A stretch of DNA of 62,932 bases from the NCBI GenBank assembly GCA_041303965.1, contig JBFYOD010000165.1, positions 1 through 62,932 of the forward strand, written 5' to 3'. Below, piece by piece: positions 28,786-41,717 of this stretch (its first letter is position 1; each line of letters begins with the position of its first letter). Source of the DNA: Candidatus Aminicenantes bacterium. Lineage in GTDB: Bacteria; Acidobacteriota; Aminicenantia; Aminicenantales; Saccharicenantaceae. The notes below the pieces were generated by a model, which was not told the DNA's origin, searched no databases, and saw nothing but the letters and a program-made list of their open reading frames with translations. The position numbers were made by a program, and so were the translations under genes.

Positions 28786-30252
28786 TCAGTCGAGGTGGTA
28801 GTTCGGGGCCTCCTGGGTGATGACAACGTCGTGGACGTGGCTTTCCTTGAGCGAGGCCTGGGTGATCTTGATGAACCGGGCCTTCGTCTTGAGCTCCTCG
28901 ATCGTCCGGCAGCCGGCGTAGCCCATGCCCGCCTTGAGCCCGCCGACGAGCATCTGGATGGTGACCGTCGTGCTGCCTTTGTAGGGCACGCGGCCCTCGA
29001 TCCCCTCGGGGACGAGCTTGCTCTCGCTCGGCTGCATGTCCTGCTGGTAACGGTCGCGGCTCTTGCCCTCTTTCATGACGGACAGCGAGCCCATGCCCCG
29101 GTAGAGCTTGTAGGCCCGGCCCTGGTACATGACGACCTCGCCCGGCGCTTCCTCGGTCCCGGCGAGCAGGTTGCCCAGCATGATGGTATCCGCCCCGGCC
29201 GCGACGGCCTTGGTCACGTCGCCCGAATACTTGACGCCGCCGTCGGCGATGAGCGGGACGCCCTTTTTCCGGGTGACCTCGAAGACGTCGGCGATGGCCG
29301 TGATCTGGGGAATGCCGGCCCCGGTGATGATGCGGGTCGTGCAGATCGAGCCGGGGCCGACGCCGACCTTGACGGCGTCGACGCCGAGGTCGACGAGTTC
29401 CTCGGCCGCCCGGGCCGTGCCGATGTTGCCGGCGATGAGCTCCTGCGCGGGGAACTCTTTCTTGAGGGTCCGGACCGTGTCGAGGACCCTCTGGGAGTGG
29501 CCGTGGGCGTTGTCGACGACGAGGACATCGCATTTGGCCGCGACGAGAGCCCTGGCCCGGTCGAGGAAATCGGAGCCGACGCCGATGGCGGCGCCGACCC
29601 TCAGCCGGCCCAAACTGTCCTTGGCCGCGTCGGGGTACTGAATCCTCTTGAGGATGTCCTTGTAGGTGATCAGCCCCTTGAGGTGGTAGCCGTCGTCGAC
29701 GACGAGGAGTTTCTCGATCTTGTGCTCGTGGAAGACCTTCTCCGCGTCCCCGAGCGAAGTGCCGACGGGGACGGTGACGAGCTTGCGGGTCATGATCTCG
29801 GCGATGGGCAAGTTGAGGCGGCTTTCGAAGCGGATGTCGCGGTTGGTCAGTATGCCGACGAGCTTGTTCGATTCGTCGGTGATGGGCAGGCCCGAGATGT
29901 GGTGCTCCTTCATGACTTCGAGGGCCCGGGAGATCTTGTCCTGGGGCCGGAGGGTGATGGGCTCGACGACCATGCCGCTTTCGTGGCGCTTGACCTTGTC
30001 CACTTCCTCGGCCTGGCCTTCGATCGACAGGTTGCGATGGATGATGCCGATGCCGCCCTGCTGGGCCAAGGCGATGGCCATCCGCGACATGGTCACCGTG
30101 TCCATGGCCGCGCTGACGATGGGGATGTTGAGGGAGATGTTGCGGCTGAGCCGCGTCGCGACCGAGGCCGTGGAGGGGACGACGTCCGACTTGGCCGGGA
30201 GGATGAGGACGTCGTCGAACGTTAAGGCTTCCCTGATCTTGTCGTCGAGCAT
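28786..30252 (-). CDS. guaB: IMP dehydrogenase
   Basis: [11 protein letters not shown] pair, [30 protein letters not shown]. Confidence 0.98.
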   Translation of the reverse strand: MLDDKIREALTFDDVLILPAKSDVVPSTASVATRLSRNISLNIPIVSAAMDTVTMSRMAIALAQQGGIGIIHRNLSIEGQAEEVDKVKRHESGMVVEPITLRPQDKISRALEVMKEHHISGLPITDESNKLVGILTNRDIRFESRLNLPIAEIMTRKLVTVPVGTSLGDAEKVFHEHKIEKLLVVDDGYHLKGLITYKDILKRIQYPDAAKDSLGRLRVGAAIGVGSDFLDRARALVAAKCDVLVVDNAHGHSQRVLDTVRTLKKEFPAQELIAGNIGTARAAEELVDLGVDAVKVGVGPGSICTTRIITGAGIPQITAIADVFEVTRKKGVPLIADGGVKYSGDVTKAVAAGADTIMLGNLLAGTEEAPGEVVMYQGRAYKLYRGMGSLSVMKEGKSRDRYQQDMQPSESKLVPEGIEGRVPYKGSTTVTIQMLVGGLKAGMGYAGCRTIEELKTKARFIKITQASLKESHVHDVVITQEAPNYHLD

Positions 30253-30274
30253 GGCTCCTCCTTGGCTCCGTGAC

Positions 30275-32866
<2,592 letters not shown>

Positions 32867-32952
32867 TTACCATTATTTAACAGAAACCCCCTCCAAAGTC
32901 AATTTGACCCCCGTCAGGGGGATCCGGGCCTAAGCGCGCCGCGCCCAGGGCA

Positions 32953-33852
32953 CTACCACGCGATGTCCCGGTGGAACCAGAGGACGGTGTCCTTGACCTT
33001 TAAGCGCATTCCCCCGCCGCTGAAGACGATCTCGTTTCGGCCAGACCGAAGGATCCTGGCATGGAAGGTGACGGACCAGGCTCTGGTCCCGGCGTGCCCG
33101 AACTCGATGGACTCTACGTCTTGGCCGTTGATGCTGATATAGAGCCGGTTTTGGACGCCTCCGACTGCAGCATTCACCATGAATGTCAGCACCACACGGT
33201 CATCGAGCCTGACGTCGGCCGGGAGCATAAAAGCCAAGGGGTAGCGGATACCAATCTTGATGTCCAGTTCATTCAGTCCGATCGTTATGTAGTCTGTAAC
33301 CGGCGTGGGAAGCCGCTTCGCCTTCATGGCGATCCCCGGAGTGGTCATGCCCTGTGCTTCCTGGGCCTCCCCGCGCACTCCCGGTGTCGTCATCTTTTCC
33401 TTTGCCCGGATGGCTTCCTGTTTCGCGCGCGGATCGGCGCCGGGCACGGGCTTCTGGGCGGCCTGAGCCGGAGCTGAAGTGACCCGGAAAAGCCTGTCCC
33501 CGGAAGAGGCGAGCACATCACCACGACGATTAAGCCAAAGCAACCGGCACGAGCCCAGGTTGAGACTGGCGTCCCGGGGGATCTGGACCAGAAGCCAAGC
33601 CCCATGGTACTCAAGCGTTCTTAGCACGAGGTCTGTCTGTGGCCCTTGGGCTTGGGAAGGCCGAAGGACCATGCGCATCTCCGCGGCACGTTCCGCGTCG
33701 AGCCCGATGACCGGGTTGACGTCGATCCTGAACGATGTTCCGGGGGCGCTCCTGGAAACGCTGGGCGTGAGGGTCGCTGGACGGGGCTGCGTCTCCCCGA
33801 CGGAGACGAAGGCGGCTACGAGCAGGAAGATCGCCAGAAGCGCCCAGGACAT
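32953..33852 (-). CDS. Secreted hypothetical protein (predicted beta-sandwich domains)
   Basis: Signal peptide MSWALLAIFLLVAAFVS; RBS GAGG; no recognised family. Confidence 0.6.
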   Translation of the reverse strand: MSWALLAIFLLVAAFVSVGETQPRPATLTPSVSRSAPGTSFRIDVNPVIGLDAERAAEMRMVLRPSQAQGPQTDLVLRTLEYHGAWLLVQIPRDASLNLGSCRLLWLNRRGDVLASSGDRLFRVTSAPAQAAQKPVPGADPRAKQEAIRAKEKMTTPGVRGEAQEAQGMTTPGIAMKAKRLPTPVTDYITIGLNELDIKIGIRYPLAFMLPADVRLDDRVVLTFMVNAAVGGVQNRLYISINGQDVESIEFGHAGTRAWSVTFHARILRSGRNEIVFSGGGMRLKVKDTVLWFHRDIAW

Positions 33853-33973
33853 GCTCAAACGGCCTTTTTTCTGATGCATTTACCCTCCTCGACGTTGCGG
33901 TCTCAAAGCGTATGAGAATAACGATTAATGAGTGCCGAAGCCGGACTGAACATATCCTCTCGAATATGCGGCC

Positions 33974-34002
33974 ATTATCAGTTGGGCGGCAGGCAAAGTC
34001 AA
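33974..34002 (-). promoter_or_regulatory. sigma70-type promoter
   Basis: TTGACT-N17-GATAAT on the minus strand. Confidence 0.5.
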
Positions 34003-34291
34003 GGGCTATTCACGCCCGTATTCATTGGTAATGCCTGCCCGGCAAGCGCCCTCTTTTTCAGCGGTCAGCGCCCGACCTTAAAGGGGGTCCGGCCTGCGTT
34101 CTCAGGCAGTCCGGCAAGCCGCAAGAACGGCCTGTGGCCGCCGGCCTCGTTCTAGGAATCCGCGTCGAGCGATGGGCCAAACCGCACATTCCGAAAAATC
34201 CGTTTGTTGCTGATGTTGCGTTGACGCATGTTATCCCCCCTGCCGGTGAAGTGCTCTCCTGAGCACGATCCGGACCGGCGTAACGATGCGT

Positions 34292-36775
34292 TCAGCTCTT
34301 TCGGATGGCCGGCGTTACCGGCTTCACCGTCGCGAGCGGCGTGAGCCTGATGCGGAGGGACGTCGTCCCGCCGGCCTTGATGGTGAAAGAGTCGCTTCCG
34401 TCTTTGAACCCGGCCCTCTTGACGCTGACCGAGTGAGCGCCCGGAGTCAGGTCCGCGAACCGGAATTGCCCGGAGCCGTCGGTCTTGGCGCCGGGCTTGC
34501 CCTTCAAGATGACCGTCGCTCCTGGGACCGGCTTTCCGGTCTTTCCATCGAGAACGGTTCCCCGGACCTCCCCCTTTGTGACCGCTGGCTGAACTTGAAC
34601 AGCCTTAGAATTCGCGCTTTTTGTGGATCCGGAGGCGCTCTTCGGAGGGACCGGTGTGCTCTTGTCTTTAGGAATCGGCGTGCTCTTGTCCTTCGGCGAG
34701 GAGACGCGCGCCGACGCCGAAGTAGCCGCCCCCGTCCGCGGCCGGTCCCGGCTGGAGACGGCTTTCCGCACGGCCGCCGAAGACGACTCGCTGAGCCTGA
34801 AGTCCCGGACGGTCGTTCCGTTCTTCTTCACTTCGACCGTCGCGGCAGAATCCGCGTAGCCGCTCTTCGCGGCCAGCACGCGGTATTTCCCCTGCTTCAG
34901 GTCGCGGAACTCGTAGGCGCCGCGCTCGTTGGAAAAGGCGACGAGGGCCCCGCCGGGATAGAGGACGGTCACTTTGGAACGGGAGAGCGTCTTGCCGCGC
35001 GCATCGGCCACTTTTCCCTTGATGCGCGTGTTTTCCCCCCGGACGAGAACGCGGGCGCTGGCCTTTGCGGCCGGACGTAGGGCCGTTTTCGCGAAGACCG
35101 TCCGGGGACGGAGGGTCTGGAGGCCCACCAACTTGATTTTTTGGATTAGGGGCGCGGACCCGGAACGCTGAACGGAGAGCTCATAACTTCCCTGGGGAAC
35201 ATGGACGAACGTATACCGGCCGCCGGAGTCCGTGCGGACCGCCCCCACGCCCTTTATCAAGACCAGCGTCCGGGAGAGCGGTTTCCCTTTGTCGTCGAGC
35301 ACGACCCCTTGGATAGTCCCCGTCTTGGACCTGATTCCCGCGTTTTTAGCGATGCAGCTGGAAGGTATGATCTTGCTCGCCGGGGGAGTCGATCCGCGGG
35401 CGCCCGCCCCGACTTGCCAGTCGGCTATCCCGGTCCCCTTGGGCGGGACATCGACCCGGCCCGTGGCTACCGTCCGGCCTCCTTTGACCACCCGGAGCGT
35501 GGCGATCCGGCCGCCTGGAACCCCGGTGATCGTGTAGGAGCCTCCACCGTCCGTCACCGCCTCCGCCCCCGTTTCAGTCTCGAAGATGGTCGCGCCCTCG
35601 ACCGGATTTCCTGCCTCGTCATAGACGACGCCGCTAATGTCGGAGCCCGGCTCCTCCGAGTAAGCATAGTCATCGGTGCCCGGGTCGGCGTATTCCTCCC
35701 CGCCCGCATAAGCGTATTGGGCGGCTTCGTCCTGAAGACCCAGCGCGGCCCGAATGTTCTGGATATTAAGCAGGGACGTCAGTGCCGATTGCAGGAGATC
35801 TTGGAGCGTCGAAGTCAGGGCGCTCTTCTCGGCCGGGGCGTCCTGCGAGTAATCCTGCGGCGGAGGCGCCTCCGCGAGTTGCTGGGTGTAGCCGTCCACG
35901 AGACCCTGGAGCTCTTCCTGGCGCTGGCGGATTTCCAGGTCAACCGTGGACGTATTCTGGGCCTCTTCGAGGAGTTTGAGCTTGGAGTCCATGGCCGAGA
36001 GGAGCCCCTCGAGCGATCGTTGGAGGGGGGTGATGTCGCCGAGGCTCACGGCCGCGCCGCCGGAGATCAACGACTCGGCCTGGGCGATGACCTGCTGGAG
36101 GTCTTGATCTGACTCGTACGTATCGACGGCGGCTTCCGCGGCCGGAGGGGCTAGTTCCTCCGCCGCGTCCATCGCTTTGGCCGGCCGGGGGCCAGTTGTC
36201 GCCGATGTGTGGACCTGTTCCGCGAGGCCCGCCAGCGAGGAGGTGAGGGCCTGGCCTAAAGTGGAACGGCCGAATTCCGGATTGTCCCAGTCGATGGAAT
36301 CCCAGCTCAGCGCGCTCGCCAGAGAGGTGTTCTTCTCAAGACCCGAGCCTTCGGCGCGGAAGCTGGAGACGCCAAGGCTGCCGGCATCGATCAGGTCGCA
36401 GAAGAATTCAAGCCGGCATTCGAGGTCCCTGCCGCGCTTTTCCGAAACGGCCGCCAGCAGGCCGCCGCGGATGACGAACCGGACACCTTGCTGACGTCCG
36501 AAGGATCCTAGTTGCTCGATGCTCATGGCTGCCGGCGCACCCGGCATTTCGCCGGAGAGAGTGCGGGGGAGTACGTCTTTGAAGGACGAAGCCAGCTGCC
36601 GCCGAAATTCCTGAACAGCCCGCCGGAGAAATTCAGGCGATGCCTGGGTGCCGCTTTCATCATGGAACGGCAGGATGCCGACTGTCATCAACTGGCCGCT
36701 TTGGGAATCGGCCCCCGCGACTCTCGGCCAACAGATCAACGCAAGAAATACGAGTCCCCCAAGAAGCCTTTTCAT
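34292..36775 (-). CDS. Secreted multi-domain protein with carboxypeptidase-regulatory-like repeats
   Basis: Signal MKRLLGGLVFLALIC; N-terminal VGILPF (TolB_N/CsgG-like); coiled region; four ISG-V-D...P-GATV...TD-G-Y/F units. Start taken at 36775. Confidence 0.75.
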   Translation of the reverse strand: MKRLLGGLVFLALICWPRVAGADSQSGQLMTVGILPFHDESGTQASPEFLRRAVQEFRRQLASSFKDVLPRTLSGEMPGAPAAMSIEQLGSFGRQQGVRFVIRGGLLAAVSEKRGRDLECRLEFFCDLIDAGSLGVSSFRAEGSGLEKNTSLASALSWDSIDWDNPEFGRSTLGQALTSSLAGLAEQVHTSATTGPRPAKAMDAAEELAPPAAEAAVDTYESDQDLQQVIAQAESLISGGAAVSLGDITPLQRSLEGLLSAMDSKLKLLEEAQNTSTVDLEIRQRQEELQGLVDGYTQQLAEAPPPQDYSQDAPAEKSALTSTLQDLLQSALTSLLNIQNIRAALGLQDEAAQYAYAGGEEYADPGTDDYAYSEEPGSDISGVVYDEAGNPVEGATIFETETGAEAVTDGGGSYTITGVPGGRIATLRVVKGGRTVATGRVDVPPKGTGIADWQVGAGARGSTPPASKIIPSSCIAKNAGIRSKTGTIQGVVLDDKGKPLSRTLVLIKGVGAVRTDSGGRYTFVHVPQGSYELSVQRSGSAPLIQKIKLVGLQTLRPRTVFAKTALRPAAKASARVLVRGENTRIKGKVADARGKTLSRSKVTVLYPGGALVAFSNERGAYEFRDLKQGKYRVLAAKSGYADSAATVEVKKNGTTVRDFRLSESSSAAVRKAVSSRDRPRTGAATSASARVSSPKDKSTPIPKDKSTPVPPKSASGSTKSANSKAVQVQPAVTKGEVRGTVLDGKTGKPVPGATVILKGKPGAKTDGSGQFRFADLTPGAHSVSVKRAGFKDGSDSFTIKAGGTTSLRIRLTPLATVKPVTPAIRKS

Positions 36776-37162
36776 GAAAGTCCTCTCCTGCACGGATATC
36801 CCTGCCGGGATTGTAGATGTGCTGACCGGCATTGTCAACAAAAGGCGAATGGGATCATCTTGGCGGCGACGGAATGGAGCCGCAACGGATGGACCTTGGA
36901 GATGACCGCGACTTTGAACCTGGGATCGGCGATCAAGGCGGCCGAGAGTCCGGCCAATCCTCCGCTGACGCGGTGAAAGACCCAGATGAACATGGCCTTT
37001 TCTCCCTCGCGTTCTTAGGGTGTGGCAGATCCCCCAGCATTCTACGATAAATACCCTATTAAAACGATAGTGTATATTAAAACTTTTTGTTATTGACATC
37101 CACTTCATCCCTGGCCTAGACTTCTGACCAAAGGGTATCCTGTCAATGGGGAGGAGATCACC

Positions 37163-37993
37163 ATGAAAAAAGCCGTAGCCGTATTTTTAGCCGTAGTCTG
37201 CCTGGGGGCCGGTGTCCGTCTATTCGGACAGCTCACCGCGGCCGAACAGGGCGAATATGACAAATGGGAGGATTTCCTGAAGACGGCGAAGATCATCGCC
37301 CAGGAGCAGATGAGGGGAGATCAGGCCGTGACCCAACCTTGGGTCCTGACCCTGGAGAAGGACGGCGTTCAGCGCCGCGCCCTCTGGAAGAACGTCTTGG
37401 GAGAGAAGATCCGCGGCTACAAAGAGACGTGGAAAGGCGAGGTCGCCGCTTACCGGCTGAGCCGCCACTTGGAACTCCACATGGTCCCGGCCACGGTCGA
37501 GCGCGAATTCCAGGGTGACCGGGGATCGTGCCAGATCTGGTTCGATTCCTGGAACACCATGGAGAGCATCCTCGCCAAGAAGATCAAAACGCCGGGCCCC
37601 AAGGTCAACGGCTTTTTCCGGGCCCTGTTCCTCCAGCGGGCCTTCGACAACCTGATCTCCAACGAGGACCGTCACCAGCGCAACTACCTCATCATGGACG
37701 ACTGGCGAATGATCCTCATCGACCACTCCCGGTCGTTCCGGACGACGAAAAAATTCACCACCAAGCTGATCTACGACGAAAATTTCAAGGAAGGGCCGAA
37801 CTTCATCATGGCCGAGCTTCCGAGGGCCATCGTGGACGCCATGAAGGCCCTGACTCCCGAGGTCATCCGCCAGGTCGTCGGCGAGTATCTCACCGACGAG
37901 GAGATCAAGGCGACGATGGCCCGCCGCGACCTGATCATCGCCTGGCTCGACAAGCGTATCGCCGAGCTCGGGGAGGCCAAGGTCATCTACTGA
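37163..37993 (+). CDS. Secreted atypical kinase-fold protein (PI3/4-kinase/HipA-like motifs)
   Basis: Signal peptide; ALWK, EVAAYRLS, GSCQIW, NEDRHQRNYL, LIDHSRSF. Confidence 0.6.
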   Translation: MKKAVAVFLAVVCLGAGVRLFGQLTAAEQGEYDKWEDFLKTAKIIAQEQMRGDQAVTQPWVLTLEKDGVQRRALWKNVLGEKIRGYKETWKGEVAAYRLSRHLELHMVPATVEREFQGDRGSCQIWFDSWNTMESILAKKIKTPGPKVNGFFRALFLQRAFDNLISNEDRHQRNYLIMDDWRMILIDHSRSFRTTKKFTTKLIYDENFKEGPNFIMAELPRAIVDAMKALTPEVIRQVVGEYLTDEEIKATMARRDLIIAWLDKRIAELGEAKVIY

Positions 37994-39129
37994 GGGCGGA
38001 AAACCGTCCGGACGAGATGGAGGAACCCGTCCGGGTCGTCCTTGAACTCGAGCAGTCCGTAGAGGCCGCGTTCGGTCAGGACGATCCTCTTGAACCGCCA
38101 GTCCGCGGAAAGGACGAGGGGTCCCGGTTCGAGCTCGAAATCGCACAGAAGATCCCCGACCGGAGAATAGACCCGGATGAGGAGCGGACAATCCTCCAGG
38201 CATTCGGTCCTCCGGCAGACGAGGATGTTCCCCTCGGAATCGGTCCAGACGTCCTGGAGGATCTCGAGGACTTCGGGCAGGAGGGGGTCGTTCGTCGGCG
38301 GTTGATGGCCTTCCGCTTCCGCCTGCCGGCGCCGAAGGTCTTTGTACTTTTCCCTGTATCCGGAGGTGACGGGAATGGCTTTCCAACCGGTGTCGAGCGT
38401 CCGCAGCTTGACGCCGTCAGGCGAGAAGATGTCCAGGTTGGGGCCTTGTGTCGTGCCCACGACCAGACCCCCATCGTGGGTCCGGGAGAGGACGATGGCC
38501 CCGGAGGCGGCCCCGACGATGCCCCCGCCGGGCATGCGCTTGATGGGATTCCTGATCTTGTGGCGGACGATGGATCTCTGCGCGCCCGTACGCCAGTCGA
38601 GGATAAAGACCTCTCCAACGTTGACCATCTCGTCCGCTTCCATCTTGCCCTGGAGGCTGACGTAAGCGATCTTTCCGTCCTTCAGGGCTAACGCTTGGGA
38701 CGTGAAGTGTCCGGTCCCGACGATCTTGACGAACGTGCCGTCGAGTTCGAAGAGGCTGATGCGCTGGTTCGTGGCATATTCGCCGACGACCAGATATTTA
38801 TCGTCCAGGATGGACAGTCTCCCCGGATAGGTCAGGTCTCCGGGGCCCTGGCCTGGGCCTCCGAACTCCTTGACAAATTTTCCGGCGGCGTTGAATTTAT
38901 AGACTATGTGCCGGGTCGTGTTCGAGACGAAAACGGACCCGTCGGTCGCGACGGCGATATCGCCGCGGCTTTCGAAGACAAGGTCGGCGGGCAGGTTGGA
39001 TGTCCAGTCTTCGTCGGCTCGCAGAAGGATCCGTCCCGCGCGGTAACGATCGGCCAACGTCGTCGTCGCCGGCACGGCCGCTCCGGCAGTCAGCGCCGCA
39101 GAAAGAAAAATGGCCATGGCTCTGAGCAT
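37987..39129 (-). CDS. Six-bladed beta-propeller (NHL-like) secreted protein
   Basis: DIAVATDGSVFV, FGGPGQGPGDL, DSEGNILV. Confidence 0.75.
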   Translation of the reverse strand: MLRAMAIFLSAALTAGAAVPATTTLADRYRAGRILLRADEDWTSNLPADLVFESRGDIAVATDGSVFVSNTTRHIVYKFNAAGKFVKEFGGPGQGPGDLTYPGRLSILDDKYLVVGEYATNQRISLFELDGTFVKIVGTGHFTSQALALKDGKIAYVSLQGKMEADEMVNVGEVFILDWRTGAQRSIVRHKIRNPIKRMPGGGIVGAASGAIVLSRTHDGGLVVGTTQGPNLDIFSPDGVKLRTLDTGWKAIPVTSGYREKYKDLRRRQAEAEGHQPPTNDPLLPEVLEILQDVWTDSEGNILVCRRTECLEDCPLLIRVYSPVGDLLCDFELEPGPLVLSADWRFKRIVLTERGLYGLLEFKDDPDGFLHLVRTVFRPQ

Positions 39130-39210
39130 TATCGCGCTTTCTCCATCGTGTCATCCCACTAAAAGGCGGACCTGCAAGAACCGCCCGTCGAACTCGTCAT
39201 TAAACACTAG

Positions 39211-41292
39211 TTACTTCTTCGCCAGGACCTCGTCCACGAGCGGTTTGGCGTCGTAGATCTTGAGCAGGACCTCGATGATACCTTGGGAGTGGACCATGAC
39301 CGAACGCGAGACCGTGTCCTCGTAGACGAACCGGCTCGGCAGGGACTGGATGTTGCCGTCGAAGAGAACGCCGACGAACTCGCCCTTCCTGTTGACGAGG
39401 GGCGAGCCCGAGTTCCCGCCGATCGAATCGGCCGTGGACACGAAGTTGACGGGCGTCGCCAACCGGACCGCGGACTTCTTCTTGAGGAAGCTCTCGGGCA
39501 GCTCGTAGGGATCCTTGTTTCCCGCCTTGGCCGATTTGTCGTAGAGGCCGGCGAACGTCGTTTGGTAGGGGATCTTCTTCCCGTTCTCGACATAGCTTTT
39601 GACGGCGCCGAAGCTGAGGCGCAGCGTCCCGGTGGCGTCGGGCGGGATGGAGGTCCCTTTGAGCTTGAACATGGCCCTGGCGATCCGCGCGCCGTTCTTT
39701 GTTTCCACGGCTTCGACCAGGTTCTCGTATCTCGATCGCAGGCCGCGCGAAACCGGGTCGACGAGCAAGGCCAGCTTGATCATCGGGTCCTGGCACTGGT
39801 AGATGGCTTCGAGACCGCCCTCCAGGAGCGTCTTGCGGAAGTCGAGGTCCTTGAGCCTTGTGCCGCCGACGAGTTCGGCGGCGACGTCCTTGGGGGAGCG
39901 GTCGCCGAGGATCCACTTGACCTCTTGCGTCCCGCCGAGCTCCTCCTTGAGCTGGGTCAAAGAGTCGGCCAGCTTGATCGTCTCGAACTCGTCGTAGATC
40001 GGGGCGGGGGAGAGGATGCCGCGCTCGAGGGAGGGGAGCGCGGCGTCGCGGAACTCGCGGAGCCTGTCCGCGTTCGGTTTGGGCTTTTCCATGGCCAGGC
40101 GGACGAGGTTCCGGGCGACGCCGAAATAGGTCGTATAGAAGCCGTTGGCCCGTTCGAAGAAGGTCATGGGCTTATAGAAAGAGGCGTAGGCATGCTGGGC
40201 CGCCGCGACTTCGTCCCAAGCGGACCCGAATTCCTTCTCGAGCTCCGGGCTCTTGCGGACCTCTTCGCGCAGGGCCTGTTCTTCGCGGCGCTTTTTCTCC
40301 ATGAGCCTCCTGTCGAGGAGGCCCGATTGGTAGCCGATGGTCGCCTTGAGGCTGTTCTCTATTCCGAATAGATTGCGCAGGGCGATCCGCTTTTCCTCTT
40401 CGCCCTTTTTGGCGTATTCGTGCATGAAGGCCTGGCGGCGCTTGAGGTTGGCGATGTTGAAGGGGTAGCCCGTGTCGCGCAGGGACTCGAGCTGGCTAGT
40501 GGTCAGAAGGCGGCCCGTCGAACCCGGGTGGCCGGAACACAGGACGAGGTCGCCCTCGGCCACACCCTTGGCCGACCACTTGATGTAGTGGTCGCTTGGA
40601 AAGGGCTTGCCGTTCTCGTAGATCCGGAAGAGGCAGATGTCCAGATCGTAGCGGGGGTAGGTGAAATTGTCCTGGTCGCCGCCGAAGAAGGCGGCCAGGT
40701 ATTCGGGGGCGAAGACGAGCCGGACGTCGCCATGGATCTTATACTTGTAGAGGTGGTACATGCCGCCGGAATAAAGAGTGACGACGACGGCGCGGAAGCC
40801 GCCCGCATCGGCCGTCGCTTTTTCCAGGGCGGCGACGACCTTTTGGCGGGCCTCGGCGGCTTCGGCCGCGGACATGCCGGGCTTCTCCGCGCCGAGGACC
40901 TGGTCGGTGACGTCGGTTATCTCGTGGAGGACGCGGAGCTCCATGCCGGGGACCTTGAGTTCCTCGCCGCGCGTCCGGGCGTAGAAGCCGGTCTTCATCA
41001 GGTCGCGCTCCTTGGTCGAGAGGTTCTGGATGGCGCCCTGGCCGACGTGGTGGTTGGTCAGGACGAGCCCTTCGGGCGAGATGAACGATCCGGAAGCCCC
41101 GCCGAAGGAGATCGAGGCCAGGCGCAGGTAGTCCATGAACTCCGGCGTGACCGTGAAGCCGTATTGCTTCTGAAGGATGTCCTTCGGGGGCTTGTTGAAG
41201 AGCCACATCCCCTCGTCGGCCGCGACGGGCAGGATGAGTGCGACGGCCAGGATCAGGGCGGAGATCGAGCGGCGGATTTCGTGTCTATTCAT
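39211..41292 (-). CDS. S46 family dipeptidyl-peptidase
   Basis: ADEGMW, LTNHHV, FGGDQDNFTYPR, PDATGTLRLSFG, DSIGGNSGS. Confidence 0.94.
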   Translation of the reverse strand: MNRHEIRRSISALILAVALILPVAADEGMWLFNKPPKDILQKQYGFTVTPEFMDYLRLASISFGGASGSFISPEGLVLTNHHVGQGAIQNLSTKERDLMKTGFYARTRGEELKVPGMELRVLHEITDVTDQVLGAEKPGMSAAEAAEARQKVVAALEKATADAGGFRAVVVTLYSGGMYHLYKYKIHGDVRLVFAPEYLAAFFGGDQDNFTYPRYDLDICLFRIYENGKPFPSDHYIKWSAKGVAEGDLVLCSGHPGSTGRLLTTSQLESLRDTGYPFNIANLKRRQAFMHEYAKKGEEEKRIALRNLFGIENSLKATIGYQSGLLDRRLMEKKRREEQALREEVRKSPELEKEFGSAWDEVAAAQHAYASFYKPMTFFERANGFYTTYFGVARNLVRLAMEKPKPNADRLREFRDAALPSLERGILSPAPIYDEFETIKLADSLTQLKEELGGTQEVKWILGDRSPKDVAAELVGGTRLKDLDFRKTLLEGGLEAIYQCQDPMIKLALLVDPVSRGLRSRYENLVEAVETKNGARIARAMFKLKGTSIPPDATGTLRLSFGAVKSYVENGKKIPYQTTFAGLYDKSAKAGNKDPYELPESFLKKKSAVRLATPVNFVSTADSIGGNSGSPLVNRKGEFVGVLFDGNIQSLPSRFVYEDTVSRSVMVHSQGIIEVLLKIYDAKPLVDEVLAKK

Positions 41293-41364
41293 GGGCGGCG
41301 ACTCCTTCCGGAAAATACCTCGGTATTATGCGTGAACCCGGGGACGCGGTCAAACCACCGCGAG

Positions 41365-41398
41365 TTGACGCCGGCGGCCTAAAATCCTATAATTTTAG
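41365..41398 (+). promoter_or_regulatory. feoAB promoter with overlapping palindromic operator
   Basis: TTGACG-N17-TATAAT, overlapped by CTAAAAT-CCTATA-ATTTTAG (41379-41398). Confidence 0.65.
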
Positions 41399-41474
41399 TA
41401 GGATATATTGGCCGGTGCAGGGCAAATCTCTTGATTCCCCGGCTAAATTGGATAAACTTGAAAGATGGTGACCG

Positions 41475-41717
41475 ATGAACCTCGTCAATGCGCCTCATAA
41501 TACGCCCTTGCGGATCGTAGACCTTGTCGGCGGCGAGGGCACCCGCCGACGCCTCATGGCCCTGGGTTTTCACAAGGGCGACATCGTCGAGCTCGACGGC
41601 CAGGCCATCTTCCGGGGTCCGCTCCTCGTCCGCGGCTGCCGTTCGGACACCACGATCGCCCTCGGCCGAGGCGTAGCCCAAAAGGTCCTCGTCGAACTCG
41701 TCCATGAACAGCCCTAA
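41475..41717 (+). CDS. feoA: Ferrous iron transport protein A
   Basis: RRRLMALGF, GPLLV, IALGRGVA; overlaps feoB. Confidence 0.92.
   Translation: MNLVNAPHNTPLRIVDLVGGEGTRRRLMALGFHKGDIVELDGQAIFRGPLLVRGCRSDTTIALGRGVAQKVLVELVHEQP

Noticed and set aside
36776-37108. 111-aa N-terminal extension of the 938-aa ORF
   Set aside because: Low-quality sequence covering promoter DNA; the signal peptide starts at 36775.
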